From Methanothrix sp. (GTDB lineage: Archaea > Halobacteriota > Methanosarcinia > Methanotrichales > Methanotrichaceae): 64,000 nt of DNA. Below are positions 9,558 through 19,262 of this stretch, in pieces. The notes beneath the pieces were generated by a model. The model had not been told where the DNA came from and did no database searches. It was given only the letters and a program-made list of their open reading frames with translations. Location of the stretch: assembly GCA_040770465.1 (NCBI GenBank), contig JAXGJB010000001.1, positions 96,771 through 160,770 on the forward strand, in the 5' to 3' direction. The translations under genes and the position numbers were made by a program. How positions within the stretch are numbered: position 1 is the stretch's first letter; each line of letters opens with the position of its first letter.

Positions 9558-9731
9558 CTACCACCCTTTGATGGCCCACTCGATCCTTCTCGGAACTCTG
9601 CCGAGCTCGATCATGTTCTTCTCACATTTGGACGAGCAGAAGTAGTAAACTGTCCCGTCCTTCTTGGCGTAGATCTTCCCCGTGCCGGCCTCGATCTTCC
9701 GGTTGCAAAAGGAGCACTTTCTCTCTTCCAT
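9558..9731 (-). CDS. rpl24e: 50S ribosomal protein L24e
   Basis: Manual translation (57 aa, not in the ORF track): [57 protein letters not shown]; conserved position in the operon. Confidence 0.95.
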   Translation of the reverse strand: MEERKCSFCNRKIEAGTGKIYAKKDGTVYYFCSSKCEKNMIELGRVPRRIEWAIKGW

Positions 9732-9737
9732 GAGACC

Positions 9738-9953
9738 TCACCTGGTGGTAAGCTTCTTGGCTTCTCTTGCGGTCTCAAGCAGCATCAAAACGTCCCCCAT
9801 CCTGATGGGGCCCATGCAGTTTCTGGTGATGATGCGGCCTTTGTTGCTGCCTTCCAGAATCCTGCACTTGATCTGGGTGGCCTCTCCGTGCATCCCGGTG
9901 TTGCCGATGATCTCTATGACTTCGGCGGGAACTCCTTCCCAATCGTCTGCCAT
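9738..9953 (-). CDS. rps28e: 30S ribosomal protein S28e
   Basis: [27 protein letters not shown]...[13 protein letters not shown]. Confidence 0.96.
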   Translation of the reverse strand: MADDWEGVPAEVIEIIGNTGMHGEATQIKCRILEGSNKGRIITRNCMGPIRMGDVLMLLETAREAKKLTTR

Positions 9954-9967
9954 CAGCTACCATCCCC

Positions 9968-10342
9968 CTACTTCAGGGCCTGGGCCTTCTGAACTATCTC
10001 GTCCAAGATGTCCTTTCCTTTCCCCGGCTCCAGGATGGCTACGGCTGCGCTCTTCACCCTCATGCCGCAAGCAGCGCCGATCTCGCTCTGCTTCTTGACG
10101 TAGATGTAAGGAGTCTTCTTCTCTTCACAGAGCGGCGGAATATGGGCCACGATCTCTGGAGGCTCCACGTCTTCGCCCACCACCACGAGCTTTGCTACGC
10201 CGCGCTCGATGGCCTTGGTGGTCTCGTTTGTCCCCTTCTTGAGCCTTCCAGTATCTCGGGCCAGCTCGATCGCTTCCAGGGATTTGGAGGCCAGGTCAGC
10301 TGGAACGTCAAATCTAACGTATATCGGTCTTGCCATAATCAT
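9968..10342 (-). CDS. rpl7ae: 50S ribosomal protein L7Ae
   Basis: [27 protein letters not shown]. Confidence 0.97.
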   Translation of the reverse strand: MIMARPIYVRFDVPADLASKSLEAIELARDTGRLKKGTNETTKAIERGVAKLVVVGEDVEPPEIVAHIPPLCEEKKTPYIYVKKQSEIGAACGMRVKSAAVAILEPGKGKDILDEIVQKAQALK

Positions 10343-10348
10343 TCTCCT

Positions 10349-10370
10349 TCAGGGCGGTGCCCGTCATCAT
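10349..10370 (-). promoter_or_regulatory. C/D-box K-turn/K-loop in the rpl7ae 5' UTR
   Basis: Minus strand AUGAUGA-cGGGC-ACC-GCC-CUGA runs directly into the SD sequence GAAGGAG. Confidence 0.65.
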
Positions 10371-10436
10371 TCATCGCAAAAATCGCCCCATTAAGGCTTA
10401 GCTCATGGGGGCAGCTTCCCAGCTAAAAAGGTTGCG

Positions 10437-11321
10437 CTATGGAGCGACGAACGCTCCCAGCGTCTCGGTCAGGTTCTGAGCTCCAACCGCCCCCGAGACG
10501 GTGACGATGTCGTCCTCTGAACGCGTCTCAAGGCCGAAGCTCTCCGCCAGGTCAGATACTCTCGACTCGCTTCTGCCCCCAAGGGTGAGGTACTTCGCCG
10601 TCAGGGTGAAGCCGCCATCGTTGGGGCTTATGCCCAGGTAGGACTCCGCATAATCTCCGCCCAGGGGGGACTGTAAGCTAGGATTGGAGGCGGCGCCCGT
10701 TCCCAGGACCGAGATCTGAAGGGTGTCGCTCTCGTCGTAGGGGAGGACGAAGCCCTCGGTGGTGGGTGCGGTGCCCGATATCACGTCCACGACCTTCTTG
10801 ACGGAAGTTTCGGTTCCGAAGAGGACGGGAGTTCCCATAACTATGAATAGTTCTGAGGTTCCCAGGGGTATCACCTGATATCCGTTGTAGAGGACTGCGA
10901 GGCCGTGGGCTCCCAGGGGGGCGGGTCTCGTCCAGTGGAACTCGGCAGTCTCGTTTCCGAAGAAGCCCCAGGAGATCTCATCAATCGGCGAGGGGTAGAG
11001 GTTCAACTGATCTTTCAGGGTCAGCCCGACAGTGGCCGGAAGGGTAAGAGCAGCTGCCTCGGTGAGGTTATCCGACGCGGTCATGTTGAGCCAGAAGGCG
11101 AAGACCAGGTCCTCGGGGTACATCCCGAGGGCGTCGCCCAGGCTCTCGAAGTCCCAGTTGATCAGCCGTCCGCTCACCCCGAAGTCTGAGGGGTTCCAGG
11201 TCGCTTGGACGGTCGTCTCGGCAGGCTCCCCACCTCGAAAAATGAAGCTTGAAAAGCTGGAGAAAAACATTATCCCGGCGAGGAAGACTGCTATTATAAT
11301 AGCTCCAGATTTCTGATCCAT
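10437..11321 (-). CDS. Hypothetical membrane-anchored/exported protein
   Basis: 294-aa ORF with N-terminal hydrophobic helix and host-like codon usage. Confidence 0.75.
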   Translation of the reverse strand: MDQKSGAIIIAVFLAGIMFFSSFSSFIFRGGEPAETTVQATWNPSDFGVSGRLINWDFESLGDALGMYPEDLVFAFWLNMTASDNLTEAAALTLPATVGLTLKDQLNLYPSPIDEISWGFFGNETAEFHWTRPAPLGAHGLAVLYNGYQVIPLGTSELFIVMGTPVLFGTETSVKKVVDVISGTAPTTEGFVLPYDESDTLQISVLGTGAASNPSLQSPLGGDYAESYLGISPNDGGFTLTAKYLTLGGRSESRVSDLAESFGLETRSEDDIVTVSGAVGAQNLTETLGAFVAP

Positions 11322-11348
11322 CGGGGGCGGTGGACGAGTCGATCTTAT

Positions 11349-12881
11349 TTAATTCTTTGTCGGGAATAGCGGCTCGTCCTGAGAGTAGCTTCTGCCGAGC
11401 AGGAGCGCCGTCTCGGCCCGCTCCAGCTCCCGGCCCAGGTATCCGGCGTGGTCGAGCCTGGTGACGAGCCCCCGGTCGACGATCTCCGAAAGGAGGTCGC
11501 GGGAGGATTCGCCCACCAGGGTGACTGCGTCGTGGCGGACGACGATCTTTCCCATCGCGACGGCTATCCTGAAGCTTCCGGCGGGGTCCATCTCCCACCG
11601 GCGGCCACTGGCCTCGATCTTGCCTGCTTCCTCGCCGCCATCACCGGCCACTCTCCCGCTTTCGCCGCCGGGGCCGACCGCCCCCATTGCCCCCACCGCC
11701 ACGAACTCCTCGGGCATCTCCTCCTCGGGGCGGCGGTGCTTCTCCTTGAGGACCAGAAGGTCCAGCCCCAGGTCTTTTGGGGGGCTCTTTCTCGCTTCTG
11801 CGAGGAGCATCATCTCGGAGGCCGTCCGCAGCTCCCGGATGCTGCCCCGGGCCTTTTCGCTGTACTCGGGGGTGAAGAGGACGCTCGCACCCACCTCCGC
11901 CCCCATAGCGGTCAATAGCCCGTTCACGCCCTGGCTGTCTGCATCCAACAGCTCCGTCACGTTCCCGACGCCGAAGAATAAAGGCAGCTCAGGAAACGCC
12001 TGGTGGACGTCGCTGTACCTGCAGATCGACTCGGCGAGCCCCAGAAGCGGCGGGCTCAGAACGGGGTCTGCCATCGCTCCCACCCCCAGAGCGAGGGCCA
12101 GGTGGAGGTTCTCTGCGAGGGTCGTCTCCCCCGGCCCCGGCAGGACGACGGCGGGGACCCCGGCGGCGGCCGCCACCCCCCCGACCTCTTCGAGGTTGGA
12201 GCCGTCGAGGCTCAGGATCAGGTCGCATCCCGCCTCGATCCCGGCTTTGATTAGATCGGGCCGCAAGCTGTCAACGCTGACGGGGAGGCGGGTCACGCCC
12301 TTCGCCACGCCAACGGCCCGCGCCACGTCGGCGGGCTCGGCGTCCAGCGGAATCCCTAAATCGATCATGTCCGCCCCCTCGCGCTGGTAGTGGCGGACCT
12401 TTTCCGCGAGGGCCGCATCGTCGAAGCGGGTCGCGTCCACGATCTCGGCCAGAACCTTCATCCGGCTCTCGCCGCCGACTTTGACCCCCTTGATCACAAT
12501 CGGCGCGGTCGCCCCCGCCTCTAGCTCTTCGACGGCGGACCGCGCCTCATCTCTCAGCCTCTCTTCGAGGAGGACACAGGCGGGGATGGTGGTCGAGAGC
12601 TCGACCTCATCGAGGAGCGGCAGAACCCGCCGGAGGTCGACGGCGTGCTTGGGCCCGAGCCTGACCTTGGTACCCAGCTCCGCGGCGACGGGGCCGAAGT
12701 CGGCGGTAATGGCCCCCGGGATCAGTATTATATCGTAGCCTTCGGGCGCAGCATTCCGGAGCATCTTCGGGGTTATGAAGGAGGCGACGTCGACGTCCAT
12801 CACCAGGACGTCGGCTCTGTCCCCCACCGCCTCTCTCACCATCCGCTCGGCGAGCCGTCCCGTCACCGCCAGCGCTCTCAT
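11349..12881 (-). CDS. Dihydropteroate synthase-like protein (archaeal, with DUF4346-type C-terminus)
   Basis: MRALAVTGRLAE, LGPKHAVDL, GADMIDLG, GVGNVTELLDADSQG, PPKDLGLDLLVLKEK, HAGYLGRELERAE...YSQDE. Confidence 0.88.
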   Translation of the reverse strand: MRALAVTGRLAERMVREAVGDRADVLVMDVDVASFITPKMLRNAAPEGYDIILIPGAITADFGPVAAELGTKVRLGPKHAVDLRRVLPLLDEVELSTTIPACVLLEERLRDEARSAVEELEAGATAPIVIKGVKVGGESRMKVLAEIVDATRFDDAALAEKVRHYQREGADMIDLGIPLDAEPADVARAVGVAKGVTRLPVSVDSLRPDLIKAGIEAGCDLILSLDGSNLEEVGGVAAAAGVPAVVLPGPGETTLAENLHLALALGVGAMADPVLSPPLLGLAESICRYSDVHQAFPELPLFFGVGNVTELLDADSQGVNGLLTAMGAEVGASVLFTPEYSEKARGSIRELRTASEMMLLAEARKSPPKDLGLDLLVLKEKHRRPEEEMPEEFVAVGAMGAVGPGGESGRVAGDGGEEAGKIEASGRRWEMDPAGSFRIAVAMGKIVVRHDAVTLVGESSRDLLSEIVDRGLVTRLDHAGYLGRELERAETALLLGRSYSQDEPLFPTKN

Positions 12882-13071
12882 GGGGGTGTGTAGGCGGCGG
12901 GAGGTGAAAAAGGCTGTGGAGGTTACAGGAGTAGATGTTATGTCTATTGCCGAGATTCCAAAATCTAACTGATCTGAAGTTATGCAGATAACATATAAAT
13001 ATTTAATAATATAACTAACTTGTATCGGGGGCGTTAACGATATAAGCGTTCTCGTCAATCTCGAAGTGGCT

Positions 13072-14040
13072 ATGAGCGAAACCATTAATGACGAAATAAT
13101 TTGGACGACTCAATCGAGCTTGGACCCAGAAGTCAAGCCGCTTAAGAATATTCTCATCACTTGCGACTACTCTAGCCAATATTTTGATTCTTTGATTATT
13201 TGTGGTGATGCTAAAGAAGAACTCAAAAAATTTCCGGATAATCATTTTCAATGCTGTATCACAAGTCCGCCCTATTGGGGACTTCGAGATTATGGCATTC
13301 CTCATCAAATTGGAGGCGAGCCAAAACTTGACGATTACGTAACTAATTTGGTTGAAGTTTTCAGAGAAGTGAGACGTACACTATCCGATGATGGTACATT
13401 ATGGCTAAATATTGGGGATTCTTATACGAGCGGAAACAGAACCTGGAGAGATCCAGATAAAAAAAATCCTGCACGAGGTATGGATTATAGGCCACCTACA
13501 CCCAGTGGATTAAAATCCAAGGATCTTATTGGAGTACCATGGAGATTGGCTTTTGCACTGCAATCGGATGGTTGGTTTTTGCGATCAGATATAATATGGC
13601 ATAAGCCTAATTGCCAACCTGAATCGGTTAAAGATCGGCCTACAAGATCCCACGAATACTTATTCCTGCTTACAAAATCAGAGAGATATTTATATAACTA
13701 TGAGGATCTTATGGAGCCCTCTAAGGACAGAAGGGGTCTGCGAAATCGTAGGACCGTATGGTCCATAAAAACAGAGCCATTTAAGTACTCACACTTTGCT
13801 GTTTTTCCTGAGGAACTTATCAAACCATGTATATTGGGTGGAAGCAATAGGGGTGATATGGTTTTAGACCCCTTTTTTGGATCTGGGACTGTAGGAATTG
13901 TAGGTTTAAAATTGAATCGTAGATTTGTTGGTATAGAATTAAATCCAGAATTTATTGAAATTGCTCGAAGAAGATTTATTGATGAACATCTAAGCATATC
14001 ACCAGCGATCAAGAATTATCATTGCAGGAGGGATATTTAA
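13072..14040 (+). CDS. Site-specific DNA methyltransferase, beta class (probably m4C, M.Cfr9I/M.XcyI-like)
   Basis: TSPPYW catalytic motif before DPFFGSGT SAM motif; WHKPN, DRPTRSHEY, HFAVFP. Confidence 0.92.
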   Translation: MSETINDEIIWTTQSSLDPEVKPLKNILITCDYSSQYFDSLIICGDAKEELKKFPDNHFQCCITSPPYWGLRDYGIPHQIGGEPKLDDYVTNLVEVFREVRRTLSDDGTLWLNIGDSYTSGNRTWRDPDKKNPARGMDYRPPTPSGLKSKDLIGVPWRLAFALQSDGWFLRSDIIWHKPNCQPESVKDRPTRSHEYLFLLTKSERYLYNYEDLMEPSKDRRGLRNRRTVWSIKTEPFKYSHFAVFPEELIKPCILGGSNRGDMVLDPFFGSGTVGIVGLKLNRRFVGIELNPEFIEIARRRFIDEHLSISPAIKNYHCRRDI

Positions 14041-15006
14041 TTGACTGGCCAAAGGTATCAAGTGCTGGCGCCTGATATTCAAATTGAGTTTTATTATAGA
14101 TTGAGATATCTTAATGATAGATACTTGCTAGATGCTTTGAAGGAAACAGTAAGTAAGTTAGATATTAGAAAAATAGATGATGACCTATCCAATTATGTTG
14201 ATCCTATATGCTTAAAAAAAGTTGCATCTTTCGGAATAAGAGGTGAGATATTTTTCCCCGTCCCTTATATAATCGAAGCAAACCCAAAGTTGCTGGGATA
14301 TTATCGGTTGCTACTAGGAATATCACAAAAAAATTTTTATTCAAAAGAGCATTTTTCAGGGTTCAAGCCGTTGGAAGATCGAGGAAAGATATCTTCAGAT
14401 GTAAAACCCCGTATCGAGGATTTGTGCACGAGCTTGGTTGGAACATCTGAAATATTAATAAGAGAAATTGATATGATTTCACTATCAATGGTCCGGGACT
14501 TGCAGCTTTTAACATTAGGAGGACAGTTAAGAGGCGGGATTAATAACAAAATAGGCGAAATAGCTAAACAGATGGTTTTTGATATGATAAGAGATATAAC
14601 AGAGCCTTACATCAAAAATGTTAAGGATGATTCGATCGAGATCTTAAATGACTCAAACCGTAAAGTAATCATTAAATTCTCAGGTGATCCTGATATCAGC
14701 ATAACAGAAACGATTGGCGCCACAAATCGTCCGCTTGTAGCTATCGAAATAAAAGGTGGTTACGATTATTCTAACATTTATAATAGACTTGGCGAGGCTG
14801 AGAAGAGCCATCAAACTGCTAAAGATAATGGCTTTACCGAATTTTGGACTATTATCCGAGTTGATGTAGACATCAATAGGGCAAAAATAAAGACGCCTAC
14901 TACGAACAAGTTTTTTAATATAAATAAGATTCAAAATCCTGATGAGGAAGAATATCACTTGTTCAGGGATTTGTTGAGTTCGATGTTGAGCATTCAGATA
15001 AATTAA
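14041..15006 (+). CDS. Type II restriction endonuclease, XcyI/Cfr9I-like (predicted site CCCGGG)
   Basis: QIEFYYRL, GIRGEIFFPVP, LLGYYRLLLG, PD...EIKGG (PD-(D/E)xK), NRLGEAEKSH; abuts the MTase stop codon. Confidence 0.8.
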   Translation: MTGQRYQVLAPDIQIEFYYRLRYLNDRYLLDALKETVSKLDIRKIDDDLSNYVDPICLKKVASFGIRGEIFFPVPYIIEANPKLLGYYRLLLGISQKNFYSKEHFSGFKPLEDRGKISSDVKPRIEDLCTSLVGTSEILIREIDMISLSMVRDLQLLTLGGQLRGGINNKIGEIAKQMVFDMIRDITEPYIKNVKDDSIEILNDSNRKVIIKFSGDPDISITETIGATNRPLVAIEIKGGYDYSNIYNRLGEAEKSHQTAKDNGFTEFWTIIRVDVDINRAKIKTPTTNKFFNINKIQNPDEEEYHLFRDLLSSMLSIQIN

Positions 15007-15277
15007 TAATTACCTTCTGCTATTAAATGACCGCTCGCCTTGCTGAAACCCAACCCAGCATCCAGTACCTCCGTACCCCTCGCCCAATCATCTCCAGCCA
15101 AGCCAGAGATTCCCGCGTCATCTGCAACTCGGCGACCTCGGGATGCAGATTTCTTCAAGGTGGTAAAGCAAGCCCAGTAAGGGGTTGGCAAGAGGCAAGC
15201 TTAGGCATCAAACCCGTGAAGGCACCATCAAAATAAGAGCTCGAAAAACTACCAACACGCCCAGACGGGTGATCTTC

Positions 15278-16693
15278 TCATTCGTCGATGTACTCGGTGA
15301 TCTTCGTCTGCGCGAGGCGGCAGACCTCGCCGGGGATCTCGATGGGGTAGATTCCGGTGAGACAGCCCATGCAGAGCTGCTCCCTCGGGATTCCTATCGC
15401 CCGGACCAGACCTTCGTGGCTTATGTAGCCCAGGGAGTCGGCGTTGATCACCGCCTCCACCCCGGCGACGGTCTTGTGGGCTGCGATCAGCTCGTCCCTT
15501 GTGGCCATGTCGATCCCCATGTAGCAGGGGGCTACGATCGGGGGGCTTCCGATCCGGACGTGGACCTCCTTCGCCCCCGTTGACCTCACCATGTCCACGA
15601 TCCGCCTGCTCGTCGTCCCCCGGACGATGCTGTCGTCGACCATGATGATCCTGTTCCCCTCGATGTTGGGGCGGATGGTGTTCATCTTCAGCTTCACCGC
15701 GATCTCCCTCAGCTCCTGGCCGGGCATGATGAAGGTCCTGCCGATGTACCGGTTCTTCATCAGACACTCCCGGTACTTGATGTTCGACTTTTGGTGATAG
15801 CCGATGGCGAAGGTGATCCCCGAGTCGGGGATCGGGGTCACGGTGTCCGCGTCCGACGGATGCTCCTCGGCGAGGATGGCACCGATCTTCACCCGGACGT
15901 CGTAGACGAGCTTCCCGTCCATGATGCTGTCGGGGCGCGCGAAGTAGATGTACTCAAAGACGCAGTGGGCCGGGCACTGGTTGTGGGTGAGCTGGTAGAA
16001 CCGGACGTCTCCGTCCCTTGCGATCACCATCTCGCCGGGCCGGACGTCCCTTACGAGCTTCCCGTTGAGGGTGTCGATGGCGGCGCTCTCGGAGGTGATG
16101 ATGACGTCGGTCTCGGTCTTCCCGACGCATAGAGGCTTGATCCCCAGGGGGTCCCTGACGGCGACGACGGTGTTTCCCACGAGGAGGACGATGGAGTACG
16201 ACCCCACGGTCTTTCTCATGATCGTCCGGACCGCCTCGGCGATATCCTCCTGCTCGAGCATCGATCGGACGAAGAGGCGGGCCATCACCTCGGTGTCCGA
16301 GGTGGAGTGAAATACCTCTCCCTCCGCCTCCAGCTCCTCTTTGAGCTTTCCGGCGTTGACGAGGTTTCCGTTGTGGGCGATGGCCACCGAGCTGTCCTTG
16401 TACTTGACTAAAATAGGTTGGCTGTTCTTGAGGGCTGACTCGCCGGTGGTGGAGTATCGGACGTGGCCGATCCCCGATGGCCCCTCCAGGGCGTCTATCC
16501 GGGCGTTGTTGAATACCTCGGCGACGAGCCCCATGGCCTTATGGGTCCGGACCACCTTTCCGTCGTAGACGGAGATTCCGGCCGACTCCTGGCCTCGATG
16601 TTGCAGGGCGTAAAGAGCGTAGTATATTGACTTGGCCACGTTGCGACACGGATCTGCAGAGGAGATCCCCACCACGCCGCACTTGTCCTGCAA
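15278..16693 (-). CDS. purF: Amidophosphoribosyltransferase
   Basis: CGVVG, LQHRGQESAG, GHVRYSTTG, AHNGNL, FEYIYFARPDS, VDDSIVRGTT; TTG start after GGAGG. Confidence 0.97.
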   Translation of the reverse strand: MQDKCGVVGISSADPCRNVAKSIYYALYALQHRGQESAGISVYDGKVVRTHKAMGLVAEVFNNARIDALEGPSGIGHVRYSTTGESALKNSQPILVKYKDSSVAIAHNGNLVNAGKLKEELEAEGEVFHSTSDTEVMARLFVRSMLEQEDIAEAVRTIMRKTVGSYSIVLLVGNTVVAVRDPLGIKPLCVGKTETDVIITSESAAIDTLNGKLVRDVRPGEMVIARDGDVRFYQLTHNQCPAHCVFEYIYFARPDSIMDGKLVYDVRVKIGAILAEEHPSDADTVTPIPDSGITFAIGYHQKSNIKYRECLMKNRYIGRTFIMPGQELREIAVKLKMNTIRPNIEGNRIIMVDDSIVRGTTSRRIVDMVRSTGAKEVHVRIGSPPIVAPCYMGIDMATRDELIAAHKTVAGVEAVINADSLGYISHEGLVRAIGIPREQLCMGCLTGIYPIEIPGEVCRLAQTKITEYIDE

Positions 16694-16706
16694 CCCGGAC
16701 CTCCAA

Positions 16707-16889
16707 TCAGTTTCCGCCGTAGTTGCTGCTGTATTTCTGCCAGACGTAGCCCCGCAGCCTCCTGGACCTTCCGAAGCCGCAGGATGCGCAGGTCTTTGTA
16801 TGGAAGTTGAAGGATACCTTGCCACATCGACGACACTTGACGTGGGTCTTCTTGTGGCGCCTTCCCATCGATGGGGTACCTTTTGTCAT
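16707..16889 (-). CDS. rpl37e: 50S ribosomal protein L37e
   Basis: MTKGTPSMG...CRRCG...CASCGFG. Confidence 0.96.
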   Translation of the reverse strand: MTKGTPSMGRRHKKTHVKCRRCGKVSFNFHTKTCASCGFGRSRRLRGYVWQKYSSNYGGN

Positions 16890-16899
16890 TTATAAAACC

Positions 16900-17118
16900 T
16901 CACGGTGAAATGTAAACTACGTTATCTCCTCGGACGACGACGGTTCCGAGCTTCTTGGAGTCTACACCCTCTCTTATCTCCTCGGTGTTGTCGAGGACCA
17001 GGTTCATGTGGATGTCATAACCCTGAAGCTCTCCTCGAAACGCCCTACCATCCTTGAGCTTGACTATCACGGGCCCGTTCAGCGATTCATTTAAAATATC
17101 AAGGGGTCTCTGAGCCAT
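16900..17118 (-). CDS. Sm-like archaeal protein (Lsm/SmAP)
   Basis: [22 protein letters not shown]; conserved lsm-rpl37e pairing. Confidence 0.95.
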   Translation of the reverse strand: MAQRPLDILNESLNGPVIVKLKDGRAFRGELQGYDIHMNLVLDNTEEIREGVDSKKLGTVVVRGDNVVYISP

Positions 17119-17201
17119 CGGCCTCTCTCCAGTCGCGAATACAAAAGCTATGCCGAGACTTGCACGTTGCGTATTTAAACTTGTCGGGGTATATGGGAAT
17201 T

Positions 17202-17681
17202 ATGAAAATCAAATCCAGGCACCACCTCAAGGGGAGCGAGTCGAAGAAGATCCTCAAGGCGATCGAGCCGTTCCTGGATGACCCCATGTCCTTGCGAGGG
17301 CTGGCTCTGGAGGTCGCCGAGACCGATCAGGACTTCGGCCTGATACTCTTGAAGGGGAGGCCTGTCTTCATGATGATCGAGGAGAGGCCCTTCTTCACCG
17401 TCCGCGGCGCCCTGGAGTTCGCGCCGAAGAAGAGCGTGGTGGTCGTGGACTCGGGCGCCGTCAGCTACATCGTCAACGGAGCCGACGTGATGGCCCCGGG
17501 GATCGTGGACGCCGACCCCGACATCGTGACCGGAGATCCCGTGGTGATAGTCGAGGAGAGGCACAGAAAGCCCCTGGCCGTTGGGGTCGCCCTCCTCCCC
17601 GGCTCCGAGATGCGGGGATCGGGCAAAGCGGTCAAGTCGGTCCACCACGTCGGCGACGACCTCTGGGGTATGAGCGGATGA
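17202..17681 (+). CDS. PUA-domain RNA-binding protein
   Basis: MKIKSRHHL, VVVDSGAV..IVNGADVMAPGI, HHVGD. Confidence 0.9.
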   Translation: MKIKSRHHLKGSESKKILKAIEPFLDDPMSLRGLALEVAETDQDFGLILLKGRPVFMMIEERPFFTVRGALEFAPKKSVVVVDSGAVSYIVNGADVMAPGIVDADPDIVTGDPVVIVEERHRKPLAVGVALLPGSEMRGSGKAVKSVHHVGDDLWGMSG

Positions 17682-17920
17682 CTTCATCAGTTCCAGCAAC
17701 CACCATGATAACTCGGACCAGCATTTCCGCATACACATTCTTGAGATTCGACCCTCAGCATAGCGGAGAATCGTGAGCTAAGATCTCGGTGAGATCACCA
17801 TGAGAACTGGAAGAATAACCATATCAGAATATTTTGCTCTTTTATCATCGACCACACTCTTCATCCACCCTCTGGCCAAGATCCTCCTGCCGGATGTGAT
17901 GGCGTTGACGTCGTACGTCG

Positions 17921-19198
17921 TCAAACCGTCCCCGAAAACACAAACGCCCAGATCCCTCCGCCCACCAGAGCGCCGAAGAGGGTTGCAAAGAGGTTGACGC
18001 CGTTGTTGCTGAGGAGGCCCCGCGGTTGGAGGGTCGCCCCCAGGAGGCTGTCGAAGTTCGTCCCCAGAAATCCCCCCAGGACCGCGGCGGCCAGGCCGTC
18101 GTAACCGACCATGCCCGTCGCCACCGCCAGGACGCCGGTGAAGAGGGAGCCGAAGACGGAGGATGCCTCGCCAAGGAGGGTGACGCCGCCGTCGACGCCA
18201 GGCTCGACTTTTCGGAAGGTAGTGATCATCCTTGGTATCGATCTCGCCGTCTCGCCTATTTCACTTGCGAGAGTGTCTCCGGTGGCGGTGGCCACCGAGC
18301 CGAGGAAGGCGAAGACAAACAGGTCCGACCCGTAAACCCCGTAGAATACCGCCAGCGCCAGAGGGACGAGGCTGTTGCTGTAAACGTTCTTGTATCCCCG
18401 GACGCCCCCCCGAGACTGGGCGATCCTCAGCTCCTGCTTTCTCGCGTACTTGTACCTGGTGAAGCCGCTTCCCAGAAGGTAGAAGGAGAGGAGGAGGAGA
18501 AACCAGAAGATGTCTGCGAAGAAGATGACGAGGAGGCAGATTATGACCATGCTGAGGACCGCCTCGGCATCGGCCGCCTTCATCCGATAGGCTCCGACCC
18601 CCAGGGCCAGGGCGAAGACGTATATGCCAGCCATGTATTCAACTTCCGGAAGAGGATAGTCGAAGCTGAAGAGCCACATCACCATGCAGGAGCCGAAGGG
18701 GACGGCGAAGTCCCGCTCAGCCCTCCTCGAGGCGGAGTCGAGGAAGGCGCCGGCAAGCCCCCCAAGGGTCGCCAGAAAGAGGGTCCTCTCGGGCTCGATG
18801 CCGAAGGCGGCCGCCGCTATTGACGCGACTGATGCAAATGAGGCGGCTTCGCCGAGAACCGGCGGCATCGTCGTCCAGATGATGGCAAGACAGCCCAAGG
18901 CCGTCGTCGTCGCCAGATAGACGAGGCTCTTTGATAAATCCCGAAACCTCGAGGAGGCGAGGGCCCCGAAGGTGGGGGCGACGAAGGATACCGCCACCAG
19001 ATAAAGGGGGAGCTTGAAGCTCGTCGGCTCAAGGCTCCAGCTCAGAAGGAAGAGGAAGGCTAGGGAAGCGACGAGGACCCGAATCCTCCGCTCTGCAAGG
19101 AATATGGCAAAAAGGGCGAGGATGGAAAAAAACCCGGCGTAAGGAAATAGCAGAACCGTCATCCCCACGCACGCCCTCGCCACGCCCTCTCTCTTCAT
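17921..19198 (-). CDS. DUF92 (TIGR00297) integral membrane protein
   Basis: RGYKNVYSNS, ATGDTLASEIG, PGVDGGVT, DSLLGATLQ, NNGVN. Confidence 0.88.
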   Translation of the reverse strand: MKREGVARACVGMTVLLFPYAGFFSILALFAIFLAERRIRVLVASLAFLFLLSWSLEPTSFKLPLYLVAVSFVAPTFGALASSRFRDLSKSLVYLATTTALGCLAIIWTTMPPVLGEAASFASVASIAAAAFGIEPERTLFLATLGGLAGAFLDSASRRAERDFAVPFGSCMVMWLFSFDYPLPEVEYMAGIYVFALALGVGAYRMKAADAEAVLSMVIICLLVIFFADIFWFLLLLSFYLLGSGFTRYKYARKQELRIAQSRGGVRGYKNVYSNSLVPLALAVFYGVYGSDLFVFAFLGSVATATGDTLASEIGETARSIPRMITTFRKVEPGVDGGVTLLGEASSVFGSLFTGVLAVATGMVGYDGLAAAVLGGFLGTNFDSLLGATLQPRGLLSNNGVNLFATLFGALVGGGIWAFVFSGTV

Positions 19199-19262
19199 CG
19201 ACCGCTAAATGAAGCCTATCGCAAAAATACTTTCTCTCGACGGAACCGTCCAGGGGGGGCCG

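Larger units (their letters stand above)
12950..15030. mobile_element. AT-rich horizontally acquired restriction-modification cassette
   Basis: Abrupt drop in GC relative to the flanks over the two R-M genes; no transposase or terminal repeats seen. Confidence 0.6.

Noticed and set aside
12882-13085. N-terminal extension of the DHPS-like ORF
   Set aside because: Runs through AT-rich promoter DNA into the MTase start; family similarity begins at MRALAVTG.
15010-15250. Possible gene remnant or IS end after the restriction endonuclease
   Set aside because: Short ORFs in several frames, none recognisable; no inverted or target-site repeats found by eye.
16694-16825. purF N-terminal extension overlapping rpl37e
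   Set aside because: A TTG start with an SD at 16693 gives the normal short propeptide before the catalytic Cys.
17820-17870. Possible C/D-box sRNA on the minus strand (ATGAAGA...ATGA...CTGA)
   Set aside because: Boxes are degenerate, guides are short, and no target can be verified without a search.
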